DNA of 64,000 nt from Squalus acanthias (lineage: Eukaryota): assembly GCA_030390025.1 (NCBI GenBank), contig JASTWF010000361.1, positions 124,001 to 188,000 on the forward strand. Direction: 5' to 3'. Below the pieces are notes generated by a model. It worked only from the letters and a program-made list of their open reading frames with translations, was not told where the DNA came from and did no database searches. A program made the position numbers and the translations under genes. Shown one piece after another: positions 1-15,661 of the stretch (positions are counted from its first letter, which is position 1; every line of letters starts with the position of its first letter).

Positions 1-3000
1 TGTACCCACCAGTACTGTGTCCCAGTGTTATACAAAGACAGATCTGTACCCACCAGTACTGTACCCCAATGTTATACAGTGACAGACCTGTACCCATCAG
101 TACTATACCCAAGTGTTATACAATGACAGACCTGTGCCCACCAGTACTGTACCCCAGTGTTATATAGTGACAGACCTGTACCAACCAGTACGGTGCCCCA
201 GTGTTATACAGAGACAGACTCGTACCCACCAGTACTGACCCCAGTAGGAAACAGTGACAGATCCGTACCCATCAGTATTGTACCCCAGTGTGATATAGTG
301 ACAGAACTGTACCCGCCATAACTATACCCAAGTGTTATACAATGACAGACCTGTGCCCACCAGTACTGTACCCCAGTGTAATATAGTGACAGACCTGTAC
401 CCACCAGTACTGTACCCCAGTGTTATACAGTGACAGACCTGTACCCACCAATACTGTACCCCAGTGTGATATAGTGACAGAACTGTACCCGCCATAACTA
501 TACCCAAGTGTTATACAATGACAGACCTGTGCCCACCAGTACTGTACCCCAGTGTAATATAGTGACAGAACTGTACCCGCCAGAACTGTACCCCAGTGTT
601 ATATAGTGACAGACCTGTACAAACCAGTACTGTGCCCCACTGTTATAAAGAGACAGACCCGTACCCACCAGTACTGTACCCCAGTGTTAAAAAAGTGACA
701 GACCTGTACCTACCAGTACTGCAAACCAGTGTTATACAGTGACAGACCTGTACCCACCAGTACTGCAAATTAGTGTTATACAGTGACAGACCTGTACCCA
801 TCAGTACTGTACCCCAGAGTTATACAGTGACAGACCTGTACCCACCAGAACTGTACCCCAGTGTTATATTGACTGACCTGTACCCATCAGTACTGTACCC
901 CAGTGTTATACAGTGACAGTCATGTTCCTACCAGTACTGCACCCCAGTGTTATACAGTGACAGACCTGTACCCACCATTACTGTACCCCAGTGTTACACA
1001 GTGGCAGACCTGTACCCACCAGTACTGTACCCGTCTTATACAGTGACAGACCTGTACCCACGAGTACTGTACCCCCAGTTTTATACAGTGACAGACCTGT
1101 ACCTACCAATACTGTACCCGAGTTATACAGTGAAACACCGGTACATACCAGTACTGTAACCCAATGTTATAAAGTGACAGACCTGTACCCATCAGTACTG
1201 TACCCCAGTGTAATACAGTGACAGACCTGTACCCACCAGTACTGTACCCCAGTGTTATAGTGACAGACCTGTACCCATCAGTACTGTACCACAGTGTTAC
1301 ACAATGACAGACCGGTACCGACCAGTACTGTACCCCAGTGTTATACAGTGACAGACCTGTACCCACCAGTACTGTACCCCAGTGTTACACAGTGACAGAC
1401 CTGTACCCACCAGTACTGTACCCCAGTGTTATACAGTGACAGACCTGTACGCACCAGTACTGTACCCCATTGTTATACAGTGACAGACCTGTACCAACCA
1501 GTACTGTACCCCAGTGTTATGCAGTGACAGACCTGTACCCACCAGTACTGTATCCCTGTGTTATACAGTGACAGACATGTACCCACCAGTAGTACACCGC
1601 AGTGTTATTCAGTGACAGACCTGTACCCACCAGAACTGTACCCCAGTGTTATATAGTGACAGACCTGTGCCCACCAGTGCTGTACGACAGTGTTAAATAG
1701 TGACACACCTGTACCCACCAGTCCTGTACCCCAGTGTTTGTGACAGACATGTACCCTCCAGTATTGTACCACAGTGTTATACTGTGACAGATCTGTACCC
1801 ACCAGTACTGTACCCCAGTGTTATACAGTGACAGAACTGTACCCGCCAGAACTATACCCAAGTGTTATACAATTACAGACCTGTGCCCACCAGTACTGTA
1901 CCCCAGTGTTATATAGTGACAGACCTGTACCAACCAATACTGTACCCCAGTGTTATATTGACTGACCTGTACCCATCAGTACTGTACCCCAGTGTTACAC
2001 AGTGACAGACCTGTACCCACCAGTACTGTACCCCAGTGTTACACAGTGACAGAACTGTACCCACCAGTACTGTACCCCAGTGTAATATAGTGACATACCA
2101 TACACACCAGTCCTGTACCCCAGTGTAATATACTGACAGACCCGTACCCATCAGTAATGTACCCCAGTGTTATACAGTGACAGACCTGTACTCACCAGTA
2201 CTGTACCCCAGTGTTATACAGTGACAGACCTGTACCCACCAGAACTGTACCCCAGTGTTATATTGACTGACCTGTACCCATCAGTACTGTACCCCAGTGT
2301 TACACAGTGACAGACCTGTACCCACCAGTACTGTACCCCAGTGTTATACAGTGACAGAACTGTACCCGCCAGAACTATACCCAAGTGTTATACAATTACA
2401 GACCTGTGCCCACCAGTACTGTACCCCAGTGTTATATAGTGACAGACCTGTACCAACCAATACTGTACCACCGTGTTTGTGACAGACCTGTACCCACCAG
2501 TACTGTACCCCAGTGTTATACAGTGACAGACCTGTACCCACCAGAACTGTACCCCAGTGTTATATTGACTGACCTGTACCCATCAGTACTGTACCCCAGT
2601 GTTACACAGTGACAGACCTGTACCCACCAGTACTGTACCCCAGTGTTACACAGTGACAGAACTGTACCCACCAGTACTGTACCCCAGTGTAATATAGTGA
2701 CATACCATACACACCAGTCCTGTACCCCAGTGTAATATACTGACAGACCCGTACCCATCAGTAATGTACCCCAGTGTTATACAGTGACAGACCTGTACTC
2801 ACCAGTACAGTACCACAATGTTTTACAGTGACAGACCTGTACCCACCAGTACTGTACACCAGTGTTATACAGTGACAGTGATGTTCCTACCAGTACTGCA
2901 CCCCAGTGTTATACAGTGACACATCTGTACCCACCATTACTGTACCCCAGTGTTACACATGGCAGACCTGTACCCACCAGTACTGTACCCGTCTTATACA

Positions 3001-6000
3001 GTGACAGACCTGTACCCACGAGTACTGTACCCCCAGTTTTATACAGTGACAGACCTGTACCCACCAGTAGTACACCGCAGTGTTATACAGTGACAGACCT
3101 GTACCCACCAGTACTGTACCCCAGTGTTTGTGACAGACCTATAACCACCAGTACTGTACCCCAGTGTTTGTGACAGACCTGCACCCACCAGTACTGTACC
3201 CCAGTGTTATACAGTGACACACCTGTCCCCACCAGTACTGTATCCCACTGTTATACAGTGACAGACCTGTACCCACCAGCAGTACACCGCAGTGTTATAC
3301 AGTGACAGAACTGTACCCGCCAGTACTATACCAAAGTGTTATACAGTGACAGACCTGTACCCACCAGTACTGTACCACAGTGTTATATAGTGACAGACCT
3401 GTACCAACCAGTACTGTGCCCCAGTGTTATACAGAGACAGACCCGTACCCAACAGTACAGTACCCCAGTGTTATACAGTGACAGACCTGTACCTACCAGT
3501 ACTGTACCCGTGTTTTACAGTGACAGAACTGTACCCACCAGTACTGTACCCCAGTGTTATAGAGTGACAGACCTGTACCCACCAGTAGTACACCGCAGTG
3601 TTATACAGTGACAGATCTGTACCAACCAGTACTGTACCCCAGTGTTATACAGTGACAGAACCGTACCCGCAGGTACTATACCCCAGTGTTATACAGTGAC
3701 AGACCTGTACCCACCAGCACTGTACCCCAGTGCCATAGTGACAGACCTGTACCCACCAGTACTCTACAACAGTGTTATATAGTGACAGACCTGTACCCAT
3801 CAGTACTATACCCCAGTGCCATAGTGACAGACCTGTACCCACCAGTACTCTACACCAGTGTTATACAGAGACAGACCCGTACCCACCAGTACTGTCCCAC
3901 AGTGTTATACAGTGACAGACCTGTACCCACCAGTACTGTGTCCCAGTGTTATACAAAGACAGATCTGTACCCACCAGTACTGTACCCCAGTGTTATACAG
4001 TGACAGACCTGTACCCATCAGTACTATACCCAAGTGTTATACAATGACAGACCTGTGCCCACCAGTACTGTACCCCAGTGTTATATAGTGACAGACCTGT
4101 ACCAACCAGTACGGTGCCCCAGTGTTATACAGAGACAGACTCGTACCCACCAGTACTGACCCCAGTAGGAAACAGTGACAGATCCGTACCCATCAGTATT
4201 GTACCCCAGTGTGATATAGTGACAGAACTGTACCCGCCATAACTATACCCAAGTGTTATACAATGACAGACCTGTGCCCACCAGTACTGTACCCCAGTGT
4301 AATATAGTGACAGACCTGTACCCACCAGTACTGTACCCCAGTGTTATACAGTGACAGACCTGTACCCACCAATACTGTACCCCAGTGTGATATAGTGACA
4401 GAACTGTACCCGCCATAACTATACCCAAGTGTTATACAATGACAGACCTGTGCCCACCAGTACTGTACCCCAGTGTAATATAGTGACAGACCTGTACCCA
4501 CCAGAACTGTACCCCAGTGTTATACAGTGACAGACCTGTCCCCACCAGTACTGTATCCCAGTGTTATACAGTGACAGAACTGTACCCGCCAGTACTGTAC
4601 CCCAGTGTTATATAGTGACAGACCTGTACAAACCAGTACTGTGCCCCACTGTTATAAAGAGACAGACCCGTACCCACCAGTACTGTACCCCAGTGTTAAA
4701 AAAGTGACAGACCTGTACCTACCAGTACTGCAAACCAGTGTTATACAGTGACAGACCTGTACCCACCAGTACTGCAAATTAGTGTTATACAGTGACAGAC
4801 CTGTACCCATCAGTACTGTACCCCAGAGTTATACAGTGACAGACCTGTACCCACCAGAACTGTACCCCAGTGTTATATTGACTGACCTGTACCCATCAGT
4901 ACTGTACCCCAGTGTTATACAGTGACAGTCATGTTCCTACCAGTACTGCACCCCAGTGTTATACAGTGACAGACCTGTACCCACCATTACTGTACCCCAG
5001 TGTTACACAGTGGCAGACCTGTACCCACCAGTACTGTACCCGTCTTATACAGTGACAGACCTGTACCCACGAGTACTGTACCCCCAGTTTTATACAGTGA
5101 CAGACCTGTACCTACCAGTACTGTACCCGAGTTATACAGTGAAACACCGGTACATACCAGTACTGTAACCCAATGTTATAAAGTGACAGACCTGTACCCA
5201 TCAGTACTGTACCCCAGTGTAATACAGTGACAGACCTGTACCCACCAGTACTGTACCCCAGTGTTATAGTGACAGACCTGTACCCATCAGTACTGTACCA
5301 CAGTGTTACACAATGACAGACCGGTACCGACCAGTACTGTACCCCAGTGTTATACAGTGACAGACCTGTACCCACCAGTACTGTACCCCAGTGTTACACA
5401 GTGACAGACCTGTACCCACCAGTACTGTACCCCAGTGTTATACAGTGACAGACCTGTATCCACCAGTACTGTACCCCATTGTTATACAGTGACAGACCTG
5501 TACCAACCAGTACTGTACCCCAGTGTTACACAGTGACAGACCTGTACCCACCAGTACTGTACCCCAGTGTTACACAGTGACAGAACTGTACCCACCAGTA
5601 CTGTACCCCAGTGTAATATAGTGACATACCATACACACCAGTCCTGTACCCCAGTGTAATATACTGACAGACCCGTACCCATCAGTAATGTACCCCAGTG
5701 TTATACAGTGACAGACCTGTACTCACCAGTACAGTACCACAATGTTTTACAGTGACAGACCTGTACCCACCAGTACTGTACACCAGTGTTATACAGTGAC
5801 AGTGATGTTCCTACCAGTACTGCACCCCAGTGTTATACAGTGACACATCTGTACCCACCATTACTGTACCCCAGTGTTACACAGTGGCAGACCTGTACCC
5901 ACCAGTACTGTACCCGTCTTATACAGTGACAGAAATGTACCCACGAGTACTGTACCCCCAGTTTTATACAGTGACAGACCTGTACCCACCAGTAGTACAC

Positions 6001-9000
6001 CGCAGTGTTATACAGTGACAGACCTGTACCCACCAGTACTGTACCCCAGTGTTTGTGACAGACCTATAACCACCAGTACTGTACCCCAGTGTTTGTGACA
6101 GACCTGCACCCACCAGTACTGTACCCCAGTGTTATACAGTGACACACCTGTCCCCACCAGTACTGTATCCCACTGTTATACAGTGACAGACCTGTACCCA
6201 CCAGCAGTACACCGCAGTGTTATACAGTGACAGAACTGTACCCGCCAGTACTATACCAAAGTGTTATACAGTGACAGACCTGTACCCACCAGTACTGTAC
6301 CACAGTGTTATATAGTGACAGACCTGTACCAACCAGTACTGTGCCCCAGTGTTATACAGAGACAGACCCGTACCCAACAGTACAGTACCCCAGTGTTATA
6401 CAGTGACAGACCTGTACCTACCAGTACTGTACCCGTGTTTTACAGTGACAGAACTGTACCCACCAGTACTGTACCCCAGTGTTATAGAGTGACAGACCTG
6501 TACCCACCAGTAGTACACCGCAGTGTTATACAGTGACAGATCTGTACCAACCAGTACTGTACCCCAGTGTTATACAGTGACAGAACCGTACCCGCAGGTA
6601 CTATACCCCAGTGTTATACAGTGACAGACCTGTACCCACCAGCACTGTACCCCAGTGCCATAGTGACAGACCTGTACCCACCAGTACTCTACAACAGTGT
6701 TATATAGTGACAGACCTGTACCCATCAGTACTATACCCCAGTGCCATAGTGACAGACCTGTACCCACCAGTACTCTACACCAGTGTTATACAGAGACAGA
6801 CCCGTACCCACCAGTACTGTCCCACAGTGTTATACAGTGACAGACCTGTACCCACCAGTACTGTGTCCCAGTGTTATACAAAGACAGATCTGTACCCACC
6901 AGTACTGTACCCCAGTGTTATACAGTGACAGACCTGTACCCATCAGTACTATACCCAAGTGTTATACAATGACAGACCTGTGCCCACCAGTACTGTACCC
7001 CAGTGCTATATAGTGACAGACCTGTACCAACCAGTACGGTGCCCCAGTGTTATACAGAGACAGACTCGTACCCACCAGTACTGACCCCAGTAGGAAACAG
7101 TGACAGATCCGTACCCATCAGTATTGTACCCCAGTGTGATATAGTGACAGAACTGTACCCGCCATAACTATACCCAAGTGTTATACAATGACAGACCTGT
7201 GCCCACCAGTACTGTACCCCAGTGTAATATAGTGACAGACCTGTACCCACCAGTACTGTACCCCAGTGTTATACAGTGACAGACCTGTACCCACCAATAC
7301 TGTACCCCAGTGTGATATAGTGACAGAACTGTACCCGCCATAACTATACCCAAGTGTTATACAATGACAGACCTGTGCCCACCAGTACTGTACCCCAGTG
7401 TAATATAGTGACAGACCTGTACCCACCAGAACTGTACCCCAGTGTTATACAGTGACAGACCTGTCCCCACCAGTACTGTATCCCAGTGTTATACAGTGAC
7501 AGAACTGTACCCGCCAGTACTGTACCCCAGTGTTATATAGTGACAGACCTGTACAAACCAGTACTGTGCCCCACTGTTATAAAGAGACAGACCCGTACCC
7601 ACCAGTACTGTACCCCAGTGTTAAAAAAGTGACAGACCTGTACCTACCAGTACTGCAAACCAGTGTTATACAGTGACAGACCTGTACCCACCAGTACTGC
7701 AAATTAGTGTTATACAGTGACAGACCTGTACCCATCAGTACTGTACCCCAGAGTTATACAGTGACAGACCTGTACCCACCAGAACTGTACCCCAGTGTTA
7801 TATTGACTGACCTGTACCCATCAGTACTGTACCCCAGTGTTATACAGTGACAGTCATGTTCCTACCAGTAGTGCTCCCCAGTGTTATACAGTGACAGACC
7901 TGTACCCACCATTACTGTACCCCAGTGTTACACAGTGGCAGACCTGTACCCACCAGTACTGTACCCGTCTTATACAGTGACAGACCTGTACCCACGAGTA
8001 CTGTACCCCCAGTTTTATACAGTGACAGACCTGTACCTACCAGTACTGTACCCGAGTTATACAGTGAAACACCGGTACATACCAGTACTGTAACCCAATG
8101 TTATAAAGTGACAGACCTGTACCCATCAGTACTGTACCCCAGTGTAATACAGTGACAGACCTGTACCCACCAGTACTGTACCCCAGTGTTATAGTGACAG
8201 ACCTGTACCCATCAGTACTGTACCACAGTGTTACACAATGACAGACCGGTACCGACCAGTACTGTACCCCAGTGTTATACAGTGACAGACCTGTACCCAC
8301 CAGTACTGTACCCCAGTGTTACACAGTGACAGACCTGTACCCACCAGTACTGTACCCCAGTGTTATACAGTGACAGACCTGTATCCACCAGTACTGTACC
8401 CCATTGTTATACAGTGACAGACCTGTACCAACCAGTACTGTACCCCAGTGTTATGCAGTGACAGACCTGTACCCACCAGTACTGTATCCCAGTGTTATAC
8501 AGTGACAGACATGTACCCACCAGTAGTACACCGCAGTGTTATTCAGTGACAGACCTGTACCCACCAGAACTGTACCCCAGTGTTATACAATGACAGACCT
8601 GTACCCACCAGTACTGTACCCCAGTGTTTGTGACAGACCTGCACCCACCAGTACTGTACCCCAGTGTTATACAGTGACACACCTGTCCCCACCAGTACTG
8701 TATCCCACTGTTATACAGTGACAGACCTGTACCCACCAGCAGTACACCGCAGTGTGAAACAGTGACAGAACTGTACCCGCCAGTACTATACCAAAGTGTT
8801 ATACAGTGACAGACCTGTACCCACCAGTACTGTACCACAGTGTTATATAGTGACAGACCTGTACCAACCAGTACTGTGCCCCAGTGTTATACAGAGACAG
8901 ACCCGTACCCAACAGTACAGTACCCCAGTGTTATACAGTGACAGACCTGTACCTACCAGTACTGTACCCGTGTTTTACAGTGACAGAACTGTACCCACCA

Positions 9001-12000
9001 GTACTGTACCCCAGTGTTATAGAGTGACAGACCTGTACCCACCAGTAGTACACCGCAGTGTTATACAGTGACAGATCTGTACCAACCAGTACTGTACCCC
9101 AGTGTTATACAGTGACAGAACCGTACCCGCAGGTACTATACCCCAGTGTTATACAGTGGCAGACCTGTACCCACCTGCACTGTACCCCAGTGCCATAGTG
9201 ACAGACCTGTACCCACCAGTACTCTACAACAGTGTTATATAGTGACAGACCTGTACCCATCAGTACTATACCCCAGTGCCATAGTGACAGACCTGTACCC
9301 ACCAGTACTCTACACCAGTGTTATACAGAGACAGACCCGTACCCACCAGTACTGTCCCACAGTGTTATACAGTGACAGACCTGTACCCACCAGTACTGTG
9401 TCCCAGTGTTATACAAAGACAGATCTGTACCCACCAGTACTGTACCCCAGTGTTATACAGTGACAGACCTGTACCCATCAGTACTATACCCAAGTGTTAT
9501 ACAATGACAGACCTGTGCCCACCAGTACTGTACCCCAGTGTTATATAGTGACAGACCTGTACCAACCAGTACGGTGCCCCAGTGTTATACAGAGACAGAC
9601 TCGTACCCACCAGTACTGACCCCAGTAGGAAACAGTGACAGATCCGTACCCATCAGTATTGTACCCCAGTGTGATATAGTGACAGAACTGTACCCGCCAT
9701 AACTATACCCAAGTGTTATACAATGACAGACCTGTGCCCACCAGTACTGTACCCCAGTGTAATATAGTGACAGACCTGTACCCACCAGTACTGTACCCCA
9801 GTGTTATACAGTGACAGACCTGTACCCACCAATACTGTACCCCAGTGTGATATAGTGACAGAACTGTACCCGCCATAACTATACCCAAGTGTTATACAAT
9901 GACAGACCTGTGCCCACCAGTACTGTACCCCAGTGTAATATAGTGACAGACCTGTACCCACCAGAACTGTACCCCAGTGTTATACAGTGACAGACCTGTC
10001 CCCACCAGTACTGTATCCCAGTGTTATACAGTGACAGAACTGTACCCGCCAGTACTGTACCCCAGTGTTATATAGTGACAGACCTGTACAAACCAGTACT
10101 GTGCCCCACTGTTATAAAGAGACAGACCCGTACCCACCAGTACTGTACCCCAGTGTTATACAGTGACAGACCTGTACGCACCAGTGCTGTACGGCAGTGT
10201 TAAATAGTGACACACCTGTACCCACCAGTCCTGTACCCCAGTGGTTGTGACAGACCTGTAGCCTCCACTACTGTACCACAGTGTTATACTGTGACAGATC
10301 TGTACCCACCAGTACTGTACCCCAGTGTTATACAGTGACAGAACTGTACCCGCCAGAACTATACCACAGTGTTATACAATTAAAGACCTGTACCCACCAG
10401 TACTGCAAATTAGTGTTATACAGTGACAGACCTGTACCCATCAGTACTGTACCCCAGAGTTATACAGTGACAGACCTGTACCCACCAGAACTGTACCCCA
10501 GTGTTATATTGACTGACCTGTACCCATCAGTACTGTACCCCAGTGTTATACAGTGACAGTCATGTTCCTACCAGTACTGCACCCCAGTGTTATACAGTGA
10601 CAGACCTGTACCCACCATTACTGTACCCCAGTGTTACACAGTGGCAGACCTGTACCCACCAGTACTGTACCCGTCTTATACAGTGACAGACCTGTACCCA
10701 CGAGTACTGTACCCCCAGTTTTATACAGTGACAGACGTGTACCTACCAGTACTGTACCCGAGTTATACAGTGAAACACCGGTACATACCAGTACTGTAAC
10801 CCAATGTTATAAAGTGACAGACCTGTACCCATCAGTACTGTACCCCAGTGTAATACAGTGACAGACCTGTACCCACCAGTACTGTACCCCAGTGTTATAC
10901 AGTGACAGACCTGTACGCACCAGTACTGTACCCCATTGTTATACAGTGACAGACCTGTACCAACCAGTACTGTACCCCAGTGTTATGCAGTGACAGACCT
11001 GTACCCACCAGTACTGTATCCCAGTGTTATACAGTGACAGACATGTACCCACCAGTAGTACACCGCAGTGTTATTCAGTGACAGACCTGTACCCACCAGA
11101 ACTGTACCCCAGTGTTATACAATGACAGAACTGTACCCGCCAGTGCTATACCCCAGTGTTATACAGTGACAGACCTGTTCCCACCAGTACTGTACCCCAG
11201 TGTTATATAGTGACAGACCTGTGCCCACCAGTGCTGTACGACAGTGTTAAATAGTGACACACCTGTACCCACCAGTCCTGTACCCCAGTGTTTGTGACAG
11301 ACATGTACCCTCCAGTATTGTACCACAGTGTTATACTGTGACAGATCTGTACCCACCAGTACTGTACCCCAGTGTTATACAGTGACAGAACTGTACCCGC
11401 CAGAACTATACCCAAGTGTTATACAATTACAGACCTGTGCCCACCAGTACTGTACCCCAGTGTTATATAGTGACAGACCTGTACCAACCAATACTGTACC
11501 ACCGTGTTTGTGACAGACCTGTACCCACCAGTACTGTACCCCAGTGTTATACAGTGACAGACCTGTACCCACCAGAACTGTACCCCAGTGTTATATTGAC
11601 TGACCTGTACCCATCAGTACTGTACCCCAGTGTTACACAGTGACAGACCTGTACCCACCAGTACTGTACCCCAGTGTTACACAGTGACAGAACTGTACCC
11701 ACCAGTACTGTACCCCAGTGTAATATAGTGACATACCATACACACCAGTCCTGTACCCCAGTGTAATATACTGACAGACCCGTACCCATCAGTAATGTAC
11801 CCCAGTGTTATACAGTGACAGACCTGTACTCACCAGTACAGTACCCCAATGTTTTACAGTGACAGACCTGTACCCACCAGTACTGTACACCAGTGTTATA
11901 CAGTGACAGTGATGTTCCTACCAGTACTGCACCCCAGTGTTATACAGTGACACACCTGTACCCACCATTACTGTACCCCAGTGTTACACAGTGGCAGACC

Positions 12001-15000
12001 TGTACCCACCAGTACTGTACCCGTCTTATACAGTGACAGACCTGTACCCACGAGTATGTACCCCCAGTTTTATACAATGACAGACCTGTACCTACCAGTA
12101 CTGTACCCGAGTTATACAGTGAAACACCTGTACATACCAGTACTGTAACCCAGTGTTATAAAGTGACAGACCTGTACCCATCAGTACTGTACCCCAGTGT
12201 AATACAGTGACAGACCTGTACCCACCAGTACTGTACCCCAGTGTTATAGTGACAGACCTGTACCCATCAGTACTGTACCACAGTGTTACACAGTGACAGA
12301 CCGGTACCCACCAGTACTGTACCCCAGTGTTATACAGTGACAGACCTGTACCAACCAGTACTGTACCCCAGTGTTACACAGTGACAGACCTGTACCCACC
12401 AGTACTGTACCCCAGTGTTATACAGTGACAGACCTGTACGCACCAGTACTGTACCCTATTGTTATACAGTGACAGACCTGTACCAACCAGTACTGTACCC
12501 CAGTGTTATGCAGTGACAGACCTGTACCCACCAGTACTGTATCCCAGTGTTATACAGTGACAGACCTGTACCCACCAGTAGTACACCGCAGTGTTATTCA
12601 GTGACAGACCTGTACCCACCAGAACTGTACCCCAGTGTTATACAATGACAGAACTGTACCCGCCAGTGCTATACCCCAGTGTTATACAGTGACAGACCTG
12701 TACCCACCAGTACTGTACCCCAGTGTTATATAGTGACAGACCTGTGCCCACCAGTGCTGTACGCCAGTGTTAAATAGTGACACACCTGTACCCACCAGTC
12801 CTGTACCCCAGTGTTTGTGACAGACCTGTACCCTCCAGTACTGTACCACAGTGTTATACTGTGACAGATATGTACCCACCAGTATTGTACCCCAGTGTTA
12901 TACAGTGACAGAGCTGTACCCGCCAGAACTATACCACAGTGTTATACAATTACAGACCTGTGCACACCATTACTGTACCCCAGTGTTATATAGTGACAGA
13001 CCTGTACCAACCAATACTGTACCACCGTGTTTGTGACAGACCTGTACCCACCAGTACTGTACCCCAGTGTTATACAGTGACAGACCTGTCCCCACCAGTA
13101 CTGTGTCCCAGTGTTATACAGTGACAGACAAGTACCCACCAGTAGTACACCGCATTGTTATCCAGTGACACACCTGTACCCACCAGTACTGTAGCCCAGT
13201 GTTATACAGTGACAGAACTGTACGCGCCAGTACTAAACGCCAGTGTTATACAATGACAGACCTGTACCAAACAGTATTGTGCCCCAGTGTTATACAGAGA
13301 CAGACCCGTACCCACCAGTACTGTACCCCAGTGTGATATAGTGACAGAACTGTACCCGCCATAACTATACCCAAGTGTTATACAATGACAGACCTGTGCC
13401 CACCAGTACTGTACCCCAGTGTAATATAGTGACAGACCTGGACCCACCAGTACTGTACCCCAGTGTTTGTGACAGACCTGTCCCCACCAGTACTGTATCC
13501 CAGTGTTATACAATGACAGAACTGTACCCGCCAGTACTGTACCCCAGTGTAATATAGTGACAGACCTGTACAAACCAGTACTGTGCCCCAGTGTTATAAA
13601 GAGACAGACCCGTACCCACCAGTACTGTACCCCAGTGTTAAAAAAGTGACAGACCTGTACCTACCAGTACTGCAAACCAGTGTTATACAGTGACAGACCT
13701 GTACCCACCAGTACTGCAAATTAGTGTTATACAGTGACAGACATGTACCCATCAGTACTGTACCCCAGTGTTATACAGTGACAGACCTGTATCCACCAGA
13801 ACTGTACCCCAGTGTTATATTGACAGACCTGTAATTCACCAGTACTGTACCCCAGTGTTACACAGTGACAGACCTGTACCCACCAGTACTGTACCCCAGT
13901 CTTACACAGTGACAGAATTGTACCCACCAGTACTGTACCCCAGTGTAATATAGTGACATACCATACACACCACTCCTGTACCCCAGTGTAATATACTGAC
14001 AGACCCGTACCCATTAGTAATGTACCCCAGTGTTATACAGTGACAGACCTGTACTCACCAGTACTGTACCCCAATGTTTTACAGTGACAGACCTGTACCC
14101 ACCAGTACTGTACCCCAGTGTTATACAGTGACAGTCATGTTCCTACCAGTACTGCCCCCCAGTGTTATACAGTGACAGACCTGTACCCACCATTACTGCA
14201 CCCCAGTGTTACACAGTGGCAGACCTGTACCCACCAGTACTGTACCCGTCTTATACAGTGACAGACCTGTACCCACGAGTACTGTACCCCCAGTTTTATA
14301 CAGTGACAGACCTGTACCTACCAGTACTGTACCCGAGTTATACAGTGAAACACCTGTACATACCAGTACTGTAACCCAGTGTTATAAAGTGACAGACCTG
14401 TACCCATCAGTACTGTACCCCAGTGTAATACAGTGACAGACCTGTACCCACCAGTACTGTACCCCAGTGTTATAGTGACAGACCTGTACCCATCAGTACT
14501 GTACCCCAGTGTAATACAGTGACAGACCTGTACCCACCAGAACTGTACCCCAGTGTTATACAATGACAGAACTTTACCCGACAGTGCTACACCCCAGTGT
14601 TATACAGTGACAGACCTGTTCCCACCAGTGCTGTACGCCAGTGTTAAATAGTGACACACCTGTACCCACCAGTCCTGTACCCCAGTGTTTGTGACAGACC
14701 TGTACCAACCAATACTGTACCACCGTGTTTGTGACAGACCTGTACCCACCAGTACTGTACCCCAGTTTTATACAGTGACAGACCTGTCCCCACCAGTACT
14801 GTGTCCCAGTGTTATACAGTGACAGACATGTACCCACCAGTAGTACACAGCATTGTTATCCAGTGAAAGACCTGTACCCACCAGTACTGTAGCCCAGTGT
14901 TATACAGTGACAGAACTGTACGCGCCAGTACTAAACCCCAGTGTTATACAATGACAGACCTGTACCAAACAGTATTGCCCCCAGTGTTATACAGAGACCG

Positions 15001-15413
15001 ACCCGTACCCACCAGTACTGTACCCCAGTGTATTACAGTGACAGACCTTTACCTACCAGTACTGTAACTGTGTTTTACAGTGACAGACCTGTACCCACCA
15101 TAACTGTACCCCAGTGTTATAGTGACAGACCTGTACCCATCAGTACTGTATCCCAGTGTTACACAGTGACAGACCTGTACCCACCAGTACTGTACCCCAC
15201 TGTTATACAGAGACAGACCTGTACCCACCAGTACTGTAACCCAGTGTTATGCAGTGACCGACCTGTACCCACCAGTACTGTGCCCCAGTGTTATAGTGAC
15301 AGATCTGTACACACCAGTACTGTACCCCAGTGTTATACAGAGACAGACCCGTACCAACCAGTACTGTACCACAGTGTTGTACAGTGACAGACGTGTACCC
15401 ACCAGTACTGTAC
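1..15413. repeat. 44-bp tandem satellite array, left arm; consensus CAGTGTTATACAGTGACAGACCTGTACCCACCAGTACTGTACCC
   Basis: Continuous head-to-tail copies read directly, with substitution variants and some shorter monomers; runs off the left edge of the window. Confidence 0.98.
15410..15413. repeat. Left target-site duplication GTAC
   Basis: ...CAGTACT-GTAC|TGTAAGG on the left and TTCTACA|GTAC-CACAGTG on the right; removing the element and one GTAC restores a normal monomer (CAGTACTGTACCACAGTGTT). Confidence 0.9.
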
Positions 15414-15655
15414 TGTAAGGGATACTCTCCTGACCCTGCGTGTCTCGTGGCCTGTGAGGTTCACGCGGCTCTGTGCAGCCTGTATGTCAGTGCGGGTCTA
15501 GGCCTGGTCTCCAGCCAGTCTGGGAACACTAGACACCCCTGTGAGTGGTTCGAATCACTCTCCCTTACGGTTCTAGACACTGGACTTAGATGCGAGAGCA
15601 GTAATGGAGATAAAACTCATGTAGACTTGGTTTGAACGGTACGAAATGGAAAATC

Positions 15656-15661
15656 TTTATT
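15656..15661 (-). terminator. Candidate polyadenylation signal AATAAA in LTR (present in all four LTRs)
   Basis: TTTATT on +, about 245 nt from the U5 end, a plausible position near the R/U5 boundary. Confidence 0.6.

Noticed and set aside
204..15387. Dozens of 60-150 aa ORFs (MLYSDRPVPTSTVPQCY..., MGTGLSLYNTGVQYWW...) here and at 38331-62403
   Set aside because: Translations of the 44-bp satellite; 44 is not a multiple of 3, frames are broken by regular stops, and most starts are GTG/TTG.
1..15413. CRISPR-like regular repeats
   Set aside because: Monomers are head-to-tail with no unique spacers, there are no cas genes, and the context is eukaryotic.
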